Source of the DNA: an uncultured Pseudobdellovibrionaceae bacterium
GTDB taxonomy: Bacteria > Bdellovibrionota > Bdellovibrionia > Bdellovibrionales > UBA1609
Length of the DNA: 64,000 nt
Reading direction: 5' to 3'
NCBI GenBank assembly: GCA_963803705.1
Contig: CAWDNU010000003.1
Span: 320,001-384,000 of the forward strand
Below are positions 1 through 11,548 of this stretch, in pieces. The first letter of the stretch is position 1. The number at the start of each line of letters is the position of its first letter. The position numbers were made by a program, and so were the translations under genes. The notes beneath the pieces are model-generated. The model had not been told where the DNA came from, ran no database searches, and worked only from the letters and a program-made list of their open reading frames with translations.

Positions 1-2
1 AA

Positions 3-1391
3 GTTTTTTCGTTATCACCAGACCTAATGTCTGTCGGTAATAATATTTTTATTTCAGATTTAAACTTCATGCATAGTTATTTTGAAAGTCTGTCTAAAAT
101 AAAAAAAAAACCAAAAAATGACATTATTACTAATATTTTAATGAAAATTATAGAGGTCGATCTTGCAGTTTTATGTCATCACCCTTTCCAGGGGTTATTA
201 CTGCTCAAAAATTTTGAAGATACACATACTAAAGGAATTTTTGAGGTCGATAGTCTTTTTGTGAAAAACTCATATAAAAATATCAGTTTTAAATCCTGGG
301 TTTATTGCTGCAAAATTTTGAATCAACTTTTTGAAAAAGAAAGAATTTTCATTAAAGAAAGAAAAAATTTTTCTATGCAAATAAATCAATTTGAAAGGCT
401 AATTAAAAGAATTAAGGTAAAATCATTTGGGGAACTTAGGTCTGTTAACTTTTATGAAATACAAAGAAGATATAAAGCTTTTATTGGAATGACTTGGAGA
501 TGGACATTTCCTGACACAAAAAAAGATAAAAACTTAGATTTTTTTTCAAATTGCATTTATGGAAATCTTGAAGGATTTCCTTGGATAGATTTTAAGATTA
601 AAGAAAACCCAGAAGTACACAATAATCTTGAATTTTCAGTTTCAACATGGGATCTGGTCAAACCATTATTACTATTTGATTTTAAAAAACTTACAAAATT
701 TAAGTCCCTGTTAGGCGAAAGCAAAGTGTGTCAGCTTAAATGGAAAGTCGTTTTATACGATATGCAGACTTATGACTTAGAAATAAATTTTAAACATCCA
801 ATATCTATTCAAGATGAAAATTACAAAGAATTTAAAATTTTACTTAAACAGTTTGAGTTAAGTTTTAACAATTTTAAAGAAATCCTTAAAGAAAAAAATA
901 AAGAACTTCAATTTATAAATATCAATTTAATTGCAAGCTGGAGTATCGAAGTCTCAAAAACAATAAATCCCTGTAGTGAAACAATCGATATGTTTTCCAT
1001 AACTAAAAGATCTAGCAATGAAAAAATTAAAATAATTGATTTTGATAATAAAGTTGATGTAAATCTAAATGTTAATAAAACTATATCCTCAAATATATAT
1101 GGTTTAGATTATTTAAGTGAATCTATTGGCATAGAAGATCGCAGCTTCAATACATTAGATGAAAGCAAATCTATTTATCCTATTTTTATTTATTTAAAAC
1201 CTATTAAATTTGACGAAAGCCTAATTAAATTAAAAAGATTTTTAGAAAGATCTTCTACCAACTGGTGGGAGCTTAATGATTCTATGGATTCAATTAGGGA
1301 CTATTATATATGTGAAACAGAAGAGTTTGGATTAATTTGGGCTTTTCGAAACTATAAGGGAATTTGGTTTAAACATGGCTTATTCTCTTAA
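3..1391 (+). CDS. imuB: ImuB-like inactive Y-family polymerase accessory protein (5'-truncated by the window edge)
   Basis: The frame is open from position 3 (VFSLSPDL-MSVG...). The C-terminus ERSSTNWWE...RDYYICE..GLIWAFR..GIWFKHGLFS matches the typical ImuB C-terminal motif. It overlaps the start of dnaE2. Confidence 0.7.
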   Translation, partial: VFSLSPDLMSVGNNIFISDLNFMHSYFESLSKIKKKPKNDIITNILMKIIEVDLAVLCHHPFQGLLLLKNFEDTHTKGIFEVDSLFVKNSYKNISFKSWVYCCKILNQLFEKERIFIKERKNFSMQINQFERLIKRIKVKSFGELRSVNFYEIQRRYKAFIGMTWRWTFPDTKKDKNLDFFSNCIYGNLEGFPWIDFKIKENPEVHNNLEFSVSTWDLVKPLLLFDFKKLTKFKSLLGESKVCQLKWKVVLYDMQTYDLEINFKHPISIQDENYKEFKILLKQFELSFNNFKEILKEKNKELQFININLIASWSIEVSKTINPCSETIDMFSITKRSSNEKIKIIDFDNKVDVNLNVNKTISSNIYGLDYLSESIGIEDRSFNTLDESKSIYPIFIYLKPIKFDESLIKLKRFLERSSTNWWELNDSMDSIRDYYICETEEFGLIWAFRNYKGIWFKHGLFS

Positions 1392-4300
1392 AAATTTTAA
1401 ATATCATGAATATATATCTAAAACTAATTTTAGTTTTCTCATCGGCGCTTCACATCCGTCTGAAATTGTAACTAGATCAGCGCTTTACGGTTACTCGTCA
1501 ATCTCCATCAATGATTTTGATGGAGTTTACGGAATTGCTAGAGCTTATAATGACAAAAAGCATTTGTTGAAATCCAATAATATTAAAATAGATTTAAATT
1601 ACGGCGCTGAAATTCACCTAGCTAAAAACCATAATCTTCCAATTTTAAAGCAAAATTCTATAGTATTAAATGTAAAAAGCTTAGAGGGTTACAAAAACTT
1701 ATGTAAAATATTAAGCTTTTCACATTTAGAATCTAAAGACGAAGCATTTATAACTCTCCATGAATTATCAAATTTTTCTTTGAAAGGCATTTTTGCAGTG
1801 GTCCCCATGCGTGGTGCCTTAAGTGAATTTAACAAAAAAAAATCAGACTTAATTTTTTTAAAATCATTATTTGGTAAAAATTTATATTTGGCAGTCACTA
1901 AAACTTTCAATAACGCAGATGATTCAAAAATATTAATTTCTAATAATTTATCTAAAGAATTTGAAATAGATCAAATAATTTCACAAGATGCTTTTTATTC
2001 AAATAGAAGAGAAAAAAGTTTTCATGATTTAATAACTGCGATAAAGCACAATCTGACCGTAAGTGAAGCTTTAGCATACTATTTTCCTAACGGCGAAAGA
2101 TCGCTACACACGCTTAAAGAAATATACAAAGCCTATAAATCGTTTAAGAACTTTGACAAAATGATTTTTTTATCTGAAGAATTAAATGAAAAATCCAGTT
2201 TCTGTTTATCTGAACTAAAGTACAATTACCCCAAAGAAATGATTCCAATTGGATTCACCGCCCAGCAGTATTTAGAAAAAGTCACTTGGGATGGTGCAAA
2301 GAAAGTTTATAAGTCATCAATTCCAGAAAAAATAGTTCATAATATATCTCGAGAGTTAGATCTGATAGAAGATTTAAATTTTGCAGACTATTTTTTGACT
2401 GTTTGGGATATTGTATCTTGGGCAAGGTCGAAAAAAATTCTTTGCCAGGGCAGGGGTTCTGCAGCTAACTCTGCAGTTTGTTTTTCTTTAGGCATTACAT
2501 CTTGCGACCCATCTTTATTTGATCTTCTATTTGAAAGATTTATTAGTAAAGAGAGAGGAGATCCTCCTGATATCGACATCGATTTTGAACATGAAAGAAG
2601 AGAAGAGGTTATCCAGTATATTTACAAACGTTACGGTAGAAATAAAGCAGCCATGGTTGCAAACATTATAACCTTTAGATCCAAAGGGGCGACGAGAGCA
2701 GTGGGAAAAGCCTTAGGACTTGATGAAAAAACTTTAAAATTAACATCAAACCTAATGGGCACAGTACTACACAGAAAAGACGATATTAATGTTGTTTTAA
2801 ATGAAATCCACAAAGTGTTAAAATCAGTAGTGCCAGATAATTTTCCTTGGAATTTTTGGTCAGAATTTTCTACAAAGTTGAAAGGCTACCCAAGACATAT
2901 GGGCTTACATTCCGGGGGCTTTATTATTTCGCAAAACCCTATTGATGAACTAGTTCCACAAGAGCCAGCATCAATGGATGGCCGGACTATTATACAATGG
3001 GCTAAAGATGATATAGAGGAGCTAGGTTTTTTTAAAATTGATATACTAGCATTAGGAATGCTTACAGCCGTTAGAAAATGCTTTGAGTATGTAAACCAAA
3101 GTTTCGATAAAAATTTAAGCCTGTACGATCTGCCTCAGGATGACGGCCCAACATATTCAATGATTCAAAAGGCTAATACTGTCGGAGTTTTTCAAATTGA
3201 GTCTAGAGCACAAATGTCAATGCTACCAAGGTTAAAACCTAAAAATTTCTATGACTTGGTTATTGAAATTGCTTTAATAAGACCAGGACCTATTCAAGGC
3301 AACGCTATTCATCCCTACTTAAAAAGAAGAGACGGGCTTGTGCCTATTGATTATCCCCACGAAAAAACGAAATCTATACTTACTAAAACGTTGGGAATAA
3401 TTATTTTTCAAGAGCAGCTTATGCGAATTGCAATTGAATTAGGAAATTTTACACCAGGTGAAGCAAATGAATTAAGAAAACAAGTTGGGACATGGAACTC
3501 TAAAACCTTTTCTAGAAACCTGACACCATATATCTCTAAACTTTTAGATGGTCTTAAGAAAAATGGAGTCACTAAGCAGTTTATGGTCCAAATGGTTGAT
3601 CAAATGAAAGGTTTTGCCCACTATGGTTTTCCCGAATCACATGCTATTTCTTTTGCTCATATCGCGTACGCAAGTTGCTACTTGAAATGTCACTATCCAT
3701 CTGCATTTTACACTTCAGTTTTAAACTCTCAGCCCATGGGCTTTTATTCACCTCATGATTTACTTCAAACAGCTAAGCAAGAGGGTGTTAAGATCCTACC
3801 TATTTCAGTAAATGATTCTGATTGGGATCATAAGCTGGAGCTTTTAGACCAAAAAAAAGGCAGACCTAAAGTTTATGGTATAAGACTTGGCTTTAGAATA
3901 GTGACTTCTCTTTCACATACGGCTGTAAAAGTTATAGAAAATTTCAGAAAAACAGAGGGTAAGTGGAAAAGTTTTGATAATTTTATCAATACAGTTCGTA
4001 TAAATAGGGACGACTATTCATCTATTGCAGCGGCTAACGGATTTAAATGTTTTGGTCTTGATCGTATTGATGCAATTTGGAGGGCAGAAGCTGTTCCATT
4101 TAAACCAATGATTGATGTTTCATTTGAAGCGTTAAATATAAGAAAAAAAACCGAAATAGAACATGCTCAAATGGATTTAAATTCTACAGGGACTACATTG
4201 GGTGTACATCCAGTTGAACTTATAAAAACTAAAAGTTGGATGTATAAAATTTCAGTTCAAAGTATTGTCACATCTAAAGAGCTAAAATCTTTATCTAATT

Positions 4301-4653
4301 TTAGATACGAAAATAATCCAAAAAAAATTAGAAATGGAAATTTAATCAATGTATTTGGTCTAGTTAGGATTAAACAAGCTCCTGCGACGGCTAAAGGTAT
4401 GGTTTTTATAACTATTCAGGATGAAACGGGTTTTATTAATATTGCGTTTACTCCGCAAGTGTATAAAAAGTTTTATAAGTTAGTTGAAACCTCTGGCTTT
4501 CTGTGTGTAAAAGGTAAGCTTCAAAATGTCATGGAAAGCCATTCAATATTGGTCAGCGAAGTTTATCTAATTGATAATCAAAGTATAATTAGACGAAATA
4601 GCAAAATTTCTAAACCAGAATCTTTGTCTTTAAAACCCAGAGGATATTATTAA
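1375..4653 (+). CDS. dnaE2: Error-prone DNA polymerase DnaE2 (ImuC)
   Basis: Motifs: N-terminal TNFSFLIGASHPSE, GRGSAANS, FERFIS.ER..PPDIDIDFEHERREEVIQY, KIDILALGML, GFPESHA, NSQPMGFY, and a C-terminal OB fold (RIKQAPATAKGMVFITIQDETG). Downstream of imuB. Confidence 0.95.
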   Translation: MAYSLKNFKYHEYISKTNFSFLIGASHPSEIVTRSALYGYSSISINDFDGVYGIARAYNDKKHLLKSNNIKIDLNYGAEIHLAKNHNLPILKQNSIVLNVKSLEGYKNLCKILSFSHLESKDEAFITLHELSNFSLKGIFAVVPMRGALSEFNKKKSDLIFLKSLFGKNLYLAVTKTFNNADDSKILISNNLSKEFEIDQIISQDAFYSNRREKSFHDLITAIKHNLTVSEALAYYFPNGERSLHTLKEIYKAYKSFKNFDKMIFLSEELNEKSSFCLSELKYNYPKEMIPIGFTAQQYLEKVTWDGAKKVYKSSIPEKIVHNISRELDLIEDLNFADYFLTVWDIVSWARSKKILCQGRGSAANSAVCFSLGITSCDPSLFDLLFERFISKERGDPPDIDIDFEHERREEVIQYIYKRYGRNKAAMVANIITFRSKGATRAVGKALGLDEKTLKLTSNLMGTVLHRKDDINVVLNEIHKVLKSVVPDNFPWNFWSEFSTKLKGYPRHMGLHSGGFIISQNPIDELVPQEPASMDGRTIIQWAKDDIEELGFFKIDILALGMLTAVRKCFEYVNQSFDKNLSLYDLPQDDGPTYSMIQKANTVGVFQIESRAQMSMLPRLKPKNFYDLVIEIALIRPGPIQGNAIHPYLKRRDGLVPIDYPHEKTKSILTKTLGIIIFQEQLMRIAIELGNFTPGEANELRKQVGTWNSKTFSRNLTPYISKLLDGLKKNGVTKQFMVQMVDQMKGFAHYGFPESHAISFAHIAYASCYLKCHYPSAFYTSVLNSQPMGFYSPHDLLQTAKQEGVKILPISVNDSDWDHKLELLDQKKGRPKVYGIRLGFRIVTSLSHTAVKVIENFRKTEGKWKSFDNFINTVRINRDDYSSIAAANGFKCFGLDRIDAIWRAEAVPFKPMIDVSFEALNIRKKTEIEHAQMDLNSTGTTLGVHPVELIKTKSWMYKISVQSIVTSKELKSLSNFRYENNPKKIRNGNLINVFGLVRIKQAPATAKGMVFITIQDETGFINIAFTPQVYKKFYKLVETSGFLCVKGKLQNVMESHSILVSEVYLIDNQSIIRRNSKISKPESLSLKPRGYY

Positions 4654-4990
4654 CAGAGCCTTTCATTCGCAATAACGCAGTTTTTTTATAGATAAGCCCG
4701 TCAATTGTGAAAATCTTTAAACTTAAATCGTTGTTTTTAAAGTTTTAACTTCGACAATTTGTTGTTACATTTGTATTTGATAATAACTACAGTAAGAACA
4801 ACCAAATTGCTTAGGCTGTTGTAAAGAAAATCTTGCTCAAACATCGCTGGGATGGAAAGGGGATCATTTTTTTGGTTGAAGACTTTTTAGAAGATTCAAA
4901 ATATAAATGTCACTGATAAACATGTCCAATCCCCATTAAATTTAGGAATTTAGAATTAAATAAAACAACTTAAAAATAAAAGGAGAAAAT

Positions 4991-5470
4991 ATGGGAAGTC
5001 CAGAACATAAACAAAAAATTTGGGACCTTATATCGGAAATAGGAACTGGTATGTTGGTTACCGACGATGACGGTAGTTTAAGATCTAGGCCCATGCAACT
5101 TATACAAGATGAATATGACGGTACTCTTTGGTTTTTCACCAAAACCGACTCATCGAAAGTCGAAGAGGTGCAAGAAGACCGGGATGTCTGTATTACTTTT
5201 TCCTGTCCTAAAATGAAAGCTTATGTCTCAATGTCAGGTCGAGCACGGATTTCAAGAGACAAAAAGCTGATAGATAAATATTGGAACTCATTCGTTTCGG
5301 CTTGGTTTCCCGAAGGTAAAGAAGACTCTTCATGTGCTTTACTCGAGATAAAAATCGAACATGGGGAACACTGGGACAGCGACACTACAAAGCTTGGATA
5401 TCTCTACGAAGTAGTTAAAGCTAATGTGACAAACACGACACCGGATGTAGGAGAAAATCAAAAGTTCTAG
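4991..5470 (+). CDS. General stress protein 26 / pyridoxamine 5'-phosphate oxidase-like FMN-binding protein
   Basis: Motifs GMLVT...LRSRPM, LWFFT, YVSMSGRA, YW...AWFPEG. RBS AGGAG upstream. Confidence 0.85.
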   Translation: MGSPEHKQKIWDLISEIGTGMLVTDDDGSLRSRPMQLIQDEYDGTLWFFTKTDSSKVEEVQEDRDVCITFSCPKMKAYVSMSGRARISRDKKLIDKYWNSFVSAWFPEGKEDSSCALLEIKIEHGEHWDSDTTKLGYLYEVVKANVTNTTPDVGENQKF

Positions 5471-5491
5471 TTAGGAGCAAAAATTAATAAT

Positions 5492-5531
5492 TTAAAAAGC
5501 CCGCTAAATAAAAATTTAGCGGGCTTTTTAA
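5492..5531. terminator. Bidirectional rho-independent terminator
   Basis: TTAAAAAGCCCGCTAAAT-aaaa-ATTTAGCGGGCTTTTTAA perfect hairpin between convergent genes. Confidence 0.9.
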
Positions 5532-5569
5532 TGTTTAATCGAGGCGCAAACGTATTTGCTTATGGATAA

Positions 5570-6130
5570 CTATTTTTTCTTAGAATTCTTGTCCAAATTA
5601 TCTTTATTAGAAATTTTAGATTCAGACAGGCTTTCTTTTTGGGCTTTCAAATCGCTAAGTTCTCTTTCTACATCAGATATTTTTTGCTTAATATCTTTTT
5701 TATCACCTTTTAAAGATTTGCTCTCATTTTGTAACTTCTCAATCTTAGACTCTGCATCGGCGAATTTTTTACCAAGATCTATATTCTTAGCTAGAGCAGG
5801 TCTAAATTGTATAGGGCAATTCTCGACTTTCATGTCTTTACCTTTAGATGCCATATTGAATCCGTTCTGAGGGGCACAATAATCAGCTATTCCTTGCTCC
5901 CAACCTTCTTTATATTCAGTGATAGGAAAGTCCATACCTTTCTTAGAACAAACCTTTTGAGTTTCCAAAATCTGTTCAGCGGCTAAACCTTTCTTACCAT
6001 CTTCGATACCTTTATTCTTCCAGTTGCTTTCCATACACTGGTTTTTAGATACGCCAGAACAACCTTGAATAAAAGCTCCTAAAAGTACTGCAACAGAAAA
6101 GCTAGATAAAATATTTAATTTCTTAGTCAT
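5570..6130 (-). CDS. DUF2799-family lipoprotein with C-terminal coiled coil
   Basis: Lipobox IQGC; C...NW...G..DG..G and Y..GW..G...YC...NGF..A..G pattern; Lys/Glu-rich coiled-coil tail. Confidence 0.75.
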   Translation of the reverse strand: MTKKLNILSSFSVAVLLGAFIQGCSGVSKNQCMESNWKNKGIEDGKKGLAAEQILETQKVCSKKGMDFPITEYKEGWEQGIADYCAPQNGFNMASKGKDMKVENCPIQFRPALAKNIDLGKKFADAESKIEKLQNESKSLKGDKKDIKQKISDVERELSDLKAQKESLSESKISNKDNLDKNSKKK

Positions 6131-6238
6131 AATATTCCTTTGTTTAATGATTACACTTCACCTTATATATATTATAAGCAAAACGCATCTTAATAATTAT
6201 TTAAAGTTGTGTAAATATTAGAACAATGCATAAAGCCT

Positions 6239-7510
6239 TTAAGTTTCTGAGTTAGAATCAGAGTTTAGCTCCTTCTGCCAAATCAAATAATTTCTGAAAG
6301 GCAGGATCGCTTTTATATTGTACCCTAAACTGACGTCATGCTTTTCCTCAATCTTCCCCAACTTTGTGAGCTCATAAAGTTTGTGCTCTTTTTCGTGGGG
6401 GATAAAGAACTCAATAGTTTTGCTCATCGAATGGATCTCTGAAACTATTTTATTTTTAAGAGCTTCTATGCCTTCATCCAAATAGGCGCTAACAACGCAA
6501 AACGGACGTTGCTTAATTTTGAATTGGGCAGCTATCGGGGCTATGTCCTTTTTGTTAAAAACGTAAAGCATTGGCTTTCCAGTCCAATTAAAGTCTTCAG
6601 ATAGTTGATCTACAACTTCGATATGTTTTTCAAAGTCAGGGTTAGAAAGGTCAATAACGTGTAAAATAATGTCGGCTTCTGCTGTTTCTTCAAGTGTGGC
6701 TTTGAACGCCTCGATCAAATGCGTCGGCAGTTTTTGAATAAAACCCACAGTATCAGTTAAAATTACATTCGGTGCCTCGTCTAAGTGAAGTTTTCTAGTT
6801 AACGGATCTAAGGTTGCGAACAGTTGATCTTCTATAAACGGTTCTGATTTAGTCAAAGATTTTAAAAGCGAGCTTTTGCCAGCATTAGTGTAGCCGATCA
6901 AAGCGATTTGGATGGCAGATGACCTGCTTCGCCTAAGCTCTTTTCTATGAAGTTTAACTTTATCAAGCTGTTTTTTGATAGAAGATATACGTTCTCTTAT
7001 TCTTCTTCGATCATTTTCAATAGCTTTTTCACCAGGTCCACGAGCACCTATACCAGAGCCCTGCCTAGACAGTGAACCTAGCCAGCCTCCAACCATTCTT
7101 GGTAGTTGGTCCATAAGCTGTGCCAGCTCCACTTGTAGCTTCCCTTCTTTAGTCTGAGCTCGGCTTGCGAAAATATCTAAAATTAGCTGGCTTCGGTCTA
7201 GAACCTTAACATTCATCGCTTTTTCAAGGTTTCTGTTTTGAACCCCAGTAAGCTGGTGATCAATTATGACAATGTCTGCCTCTAAATTTTTGACCAACTC
7301 ACATAGCTCGTTAACCTTACCCTCACCAAGTAAAGTTGCGGGCTGAATTTTCTCAGCGTGTTGGTATACTGACCCCACCAAATCTCCGCCTGCAGATTCG
7401 ATCAGTTGCTCAAGTTCTAGTAAGTTTAGCTTTAGTCTATCCAAAGGCTTATTTTTTAGCTCAAAACCTACCGCAATCACTGATTCTTTTCTTAAATCAG
7501 GCGTTTGCAT
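6239..7510 (-). CDS. hflX: Ribosome-splitting GTPase HflX
   Basis: Motifs [53 protein letters not shown]. Confidence 0.95.
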   Translation of the reverse strand: MQTPDLRKESVIAVGFELKNKPLDRLKLNLLELEQLIESAGGDLVGSVYQHAEKIQPATLLGEGKVNELCELVKNLEADIVIIDHQLTGVQNRNLEKAMNVKVLDRSQLILDIFASRAQTKEGKLQVELAQLMDQLPRMVGGWLGSLSRQGSGIGARGPGEKAIENDRRRIRERISSIKKQLDKVKLHRKELRRSRSSAIQIALIGYTNAGKSSLLKSLTKSEPFIEDQLFATLDPLTRKLHLDEAPNVILTDTVGFIQKLPTHLIEAFKATLEETAEADIILHVIDLSNPDFEKHIEVVDQLSEDFNWTGKPMLYVFNKKDIAPIAAQFKIKQRPFCVVSAYLDEGIEALKNKIVSEIHSMSKTIEFFIPHEKEHKLYELTKLGKIEEKHDVSLGYNIKAILPFRNYLIWQKELNSDSNSET

Positions 7511-9782
7511 GCTGCCTTGTTTTTCGCTCGTGAGCTTCGTGAGCAGTCATTGCAATAGCATTGACTAAATCTTGAACCCCACCGGTTCGTTGTATGATAT
7601 TGGCGGGCTGATTCATTCCTAATAATATCGGTCCAATGACCTCGCCTTGAATCAACTGCTGAATCAGTTTGTACGAGATATTTGCAGCATCTAAATTTGG
7701 GAAAACTAAAATGTTAGCACCGTCCTTTAGATCTGAAAATCCGAATAATCGCTTCATAATGTCAGTGTTGATTGCGGCATCAGCCTGCACTTCTCCGTCA
7801 ACCAAAAGGTCAGGTCTTAAAGACTTTGCTATCAACGCTGCTCGCTGCATTTTTTTTGGACTTTCATGTTCAGCCCTGAAGCTTGTGTAAGAAAGCATGG
7901 CAACTCTAGGAGTTACGCCGTGACTTTCGGCAAACTCCGAAACATCTAAGGCAACTTGAGCAAGTTCCTCTGCGGTGGGCTCAATCATCATGGTTGTATC
8001 AGCTAAAAAGAGCTTTTGATCACCTTTTAAAACAATGTTTAGCCCAGAAGCAACTTTGTGGTTTGATCGACCTATAATTTCAAGTATGGGTTTTACACTA
8101 GACGCGTAATTTTGTGATGCCCCTGACACTAAGCCATCTGCTTCACCAGACCTGACCATCATCGCTGAAAAGTAGTATGGGTCTTCAAGTAAAATTTTTG
8201 CCTCTGAATGAAGTAGCCCTCTACGCTTTCTCAATTCAAAAAGATCGTTCACGTATTTTTTGAATTCTGGATGTTCAGAAGGTTTAAAGATTTGGCACTT
8301 TTCAATAAGCGGTAGTTCATCTTCAGTGGCTTTTTCTAAAATTTTCTTTCTGTCTCCTAAAATAATTATTTCTGCAAAGCCTTCTTCTAATACTTGCTGG
8401 ACAGATTTTAAAACTTTTCGACTATTACCTTCTGGCATAACAATTTTAGGTGCTGCTGACTTTTTGTTCCATTTCTTTATCCTATTTATTATAGGTCTTA
8501 TAAAGCCACGAGTCTCGCCAAGTTGTCTTTCGAGCTGTTCACGATAATTTTTTAAACTTGAAATTTGTTTTTGAGCAACACCACTATCCATAGCCGCTTT
8601 AGCAACAGCAGGAGCTACTTCTAATAAAACACGACTATCAAACGGCTTCGGTATAATGTAATTAGGTCCAAAATGGAAGTCTTGATCTTTGTAGGCTGAG
8701 GATACTTCGTCAGTTACTGTTTGACGAGCCAGTTCAGCCAGAGCGTTAACTGCAGCAATTTTCATGGCCTCATTAATTTCGGTCGCTCTAACGTCTAAAG
8801 CTCCTCTGAAAATATATGGAAATCCTAGAACATTGTTTACCTGATTAGGAAAATCACTTCGCCCAGTCGCAATGATTGCATCTGGTCTAACTTTTCTAGC
8901 AAAGGCTGGATCGACCTCTGGCGCTGGGTTTGCCATCGCAAAGATGATCGGGGATTTTCTCATGGACTTCAGCATATCCTCACTTAAAATGTCAGATACA
9001 CTTAAGCCAACGAAGGCGTCACTTCCCTCCATGGCTTCAGCTAAAGTCTTTGCACCAGTTTTATTAATAAATTCTTTTTTCATTTCATTGAGGTCAGTTC
9101 GAGAACTGCTTATAACCCCTTTTGAATCGCACATAATTAAATTCTCACGCTTAACCCCTAGATCTAAAAATAAGCGTGCACATGATATCGCAGCAGCACC
9201 TGCTCCATTAAATACTACTTTTACTTTGCTCATTTTTTTCTTAGTTAGAAAACAAGCGTTAATCATCGCAGCGGCAGTAATGATAGCGGTCCCATGTTGA
9301 TCATCATGGAAGACGGGTATATTCATCTCTGCTTTCAACCTTTTTTCAATTTCAAAACAGTGTGGAGCAGAAATATCTTCTAGGTTAATCCCACCAAAAG
9401 TTGGCTCTAAACTTTTAACAATATTAATAAATTTTTCTGGATCTTTTTCGTTTATTTCAATATCGAATACATTGATGTTAGCAAACTTCTTAAATAGCAC
9501 ACCTTTGCCTTCCATAACCGGTTTCCCAGCCAAAGGACCAATGTCACCCAACCCTAGAACTGCCGTTCCATTAGTTATCACTGCGACTAAATTGCCTTTT
9601 GTGGTGTAGTCGAATGCCTTCAATGGGTCCTTAGCTATTTCTAAACAAGGCGCTGCTACGCCGGGTGAATAAGCTAAGGACAAGGCGTACTCTGAGCTTA
9701 CATCCTTCGATGAGCTCACTTCGACTTTTCCTGGGATTTTTTCAGAGTGATATTTCAGTGCTTCTTGATCAAAATTTTCCAT
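7497..9782 (-). CDS. maeB: NADP-dependent malic enzyme with C-terminal phosphotransacetylase-like domain
   Basis: Motifs [51 protein letters not shown]-terminal DGEVQADAA and [12 protein letters not shown]. Confidence 0.95.
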   Translation of the reverse strand: MENFDQEALKYHSEKIPGKVEVSSSKDVSSEYALSLAYSPGVAAPCLEIAKDPLKAFDYTTKGNLVAVITNGTAVLGLGDIGPLAGKPVMEGKGVLFKKFANINVFDIEINEKDPEKFINIVKSLEPTFGGINLEDISAPHCFEIEKRLKAEMNIPVFHDDQHGTAIITAAAMINACFLTKKKMSKVKVVFNGAGAAAISCARLFLDLGVKRENLIMCDSKGVISSSRTDLNEMKKEFINKTGAKTLAEAMEGSDAFVGLSVSDILSEDMLKSMRKSPIIFAMANPAPEVDPAFARKVRPDAIIATGRSDFPNQVNNVLGFPYIFRGALDVRATEINEAMKIAAVNALAELARQTVTDEVSSAYKDQDFHFGPNYIIPKPFDSRVLLEVAPAVAKAAMDSGVAQKQISSLKNYREQLERQLGETRGFIRPIINRIKKWNKKSAAPKIVMPEGNSRKVLKSVQQVLEEGFAEIIILGDRKKILEKATEDELPLIEKCQIFKPSEHPEFKKYVNDLFELRKRRGLLHSEAKILLEDPYYFSAMMVRSGEADGLVSGASQNYASSVKPILEIIGRSNHKVASGLNIVLKGDQKLFLADTTMMIEPTAEELAQVALDVSEFAESHGVTPRVAMLSYTSFRAEHESPKKMQRAALIAKSLRPDLLVDGEVQADAAINTDIMKRLFGFSDLKDGANILVFPNLDAANISYKLIQQLIQGEVIGPILLGMNQPANIIQRTGGVQDLVNAIAMTAHEAHERKTRQHANA

Positions 9783-10112
9783 ATTTTCGAATCCTAATTT
9801 TTAATGCAATTTGTTTTAACTTCGCTTGTCTTAAGTTTCTTTATCCACAAATTCTATGAAGGCTTAAGTTAATATCATTTTTAGTATTTTTAAAATAAAT
9901 GTTTAAGTTTTTTCATAACATATAAAGTAGTCGGCTGTAGCTTTATATGTAACCTTATACTTTTAAAGCGAATGTGCAATTTCACCTAATGCTAAACATT
10001 ATCCGGGTCACAGATTGACAGAAATAGAAATTTTCAACATTATTTAACCCTCTGTAATCATTTGTTAATCTTACCTTAGAAATTATAGAAATCACCCTTC
10101 CAGGAGTCTTTT

Positions 10113-11456
10113 ATGAACCCCAGAGATGTAGTCATTGTTGCTGGTTTAAGAACACCTTTCGTAAAAGCCGGAGATGTTTTTGCCAACGTTCACCCAGTCG
10201 ATTTAGGAGTTACCGCTTTAAAAGAACTTTTACAGAGCACAGGTGTTCCTGTGGATCAAATCGACGAAGTAATCATAGGAAATACCGGGTCGCCTTCCGA
10301 CGCTGTGAATATTTCCAGGGTAGTTGCTATGAATGCTGGCATTCCTCAAAAGGTATCAGCTTATACTGTGCACCGAAATTGTGCTTCTGCATTAGAAAGC
10401 ATAACTTCTGGGTATGAAAAGATTAAATCAGGGACTATGGATATTGTAGTCGCCGGTGGAACTGAATCTATGTCTCAAATGCCAGTGTTATGGAACAAAG
10501 AGCACATGGCCAGATTTAACAAGCTGGCACGTGCAAGATCAACTAGCGCAAAGTTGTCTGCTTTGGGTTCATTACTTGTCGCCAATTTTAAACAAGTTAA
10601 AGAAATTGCAACAACCTCGCCGATGAAATCAACTAAGTTTAAACCACGTTTAGCATTAGTTGAAGGCTTAACAGATCCTATGTCCAACATTAATATGGGT
10701 GACACAGCAGAGATTCTAGCAAAAGAGTTTGGAATTTCTAGAAAAGAGCAAGATGAATTTGCTCTAAGAAGCCATCAACGTGCATCCGCGTCTCAAGAAA
10801 ATGGAGTCTTCGATGAAGAAATTACGCCTCACTACCTGGCCCCCAAATTTGATAAAGTAGTAGAAAAGGATATTGGTCCAAGAAAATCGCAAAGCCTTGA
10901 AGCTTTGGCTAAACTCAAACCTATTTTCGATCGTAAATACGGATCTATTACTGCAGGCAATGCGTGCCCGATCACAGATGGTGCAGCCATGGTATTGTTA
11001 ATGTCATCTGAAAAAGCGAATGAGCTAGGTTTCAAGCCGATTGCAAAAATAAGAGGTTACGCTTTTGCTGGATTAGAGCCCGAGCGAATGGGATTAGGAC
11101 CCGTATATTCAACTCCGATCGCGCTTAAAAGAGCGGGAGTTTCGTTTTCGCAAATAGAGCGTATTGAGCTCAACGAAGCTTTCGCTGCGCAGGTTATGGC
11201 TTGCCAGAAAGCAGCTGCAAGTAAAGATTTTTGTACAAAGAAGCTTGGATTGAGCGAGGCTTTAGGGGAAATCAAAGATGATATACTTAATGTAAATGGT
11301 GGGGCTATAGCATTAGGCCATCCGGTAGGCGCTACTGGAACACGTTTGGTTCTTACTTTGATGAATGAACTTAAACGAAGCCAGAAGCAATTTGGTCTCG
11401 CCACTTTATGTATAGGCGGGGGACAGGGCGGCGCCATAGTTCTGGAAAATGTTTAA
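10113..11456 (+). CDS. Acetyl-CoA C-acyltransferase (thiolase, FadA/FadI type)
   Basis: Motifs TVHRNCAS (catalytic Cys), NEAFA, GHPVGATG, LCIGGGQG; adjacent to a multifunctional beta-oxidation enzyme. Confidence 0.93.
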   Translation: MNPRDVVIVAGLRTPFVKAGDVFANVHPVDLGVTALKELLQSTGVPVDQIDEVIIGNTGSPSDAVNISRVVAMNAGIPQKVSAYTVHRNCASALESITSGYEKIKSGTMDIVVAGGTESMSQMPVLWNKEHMARFNKLARARSTSAKLSALGSLLVANFKQVKEIATTSPMKSTKFKPRLALVEGLTDPMSNINMGDTAEILAKEFGISRKEQDEFALRSHQRASASQENGVFDEEITPHYLAPKFDKVVEKDIGPRKSQSLEALAKLKPIFDRKYGSITAGNACPITDGAAMVLLMSSEKANELGFKPIAKIRGYAFAGLEPERMGLGPVYSTPIALKRAGVSFSQIERIELNEAFAAQVMACQKAAASKDFCTKKLGLSEALGEIKDDILNVNGGAIALGHPVGATGTRLVLTLMNELKRSQKQFGLATLCIGGGQGGAIVLENV

Positions 11457-11548
11457 GCTTTCTTAAACTAATTTGTCGCTATGGCGTAAAATTGTATCAA
11501 ATATTCAAGGTGTATATAAGTTAACGGATAAAGATAGGAACCAAAATT

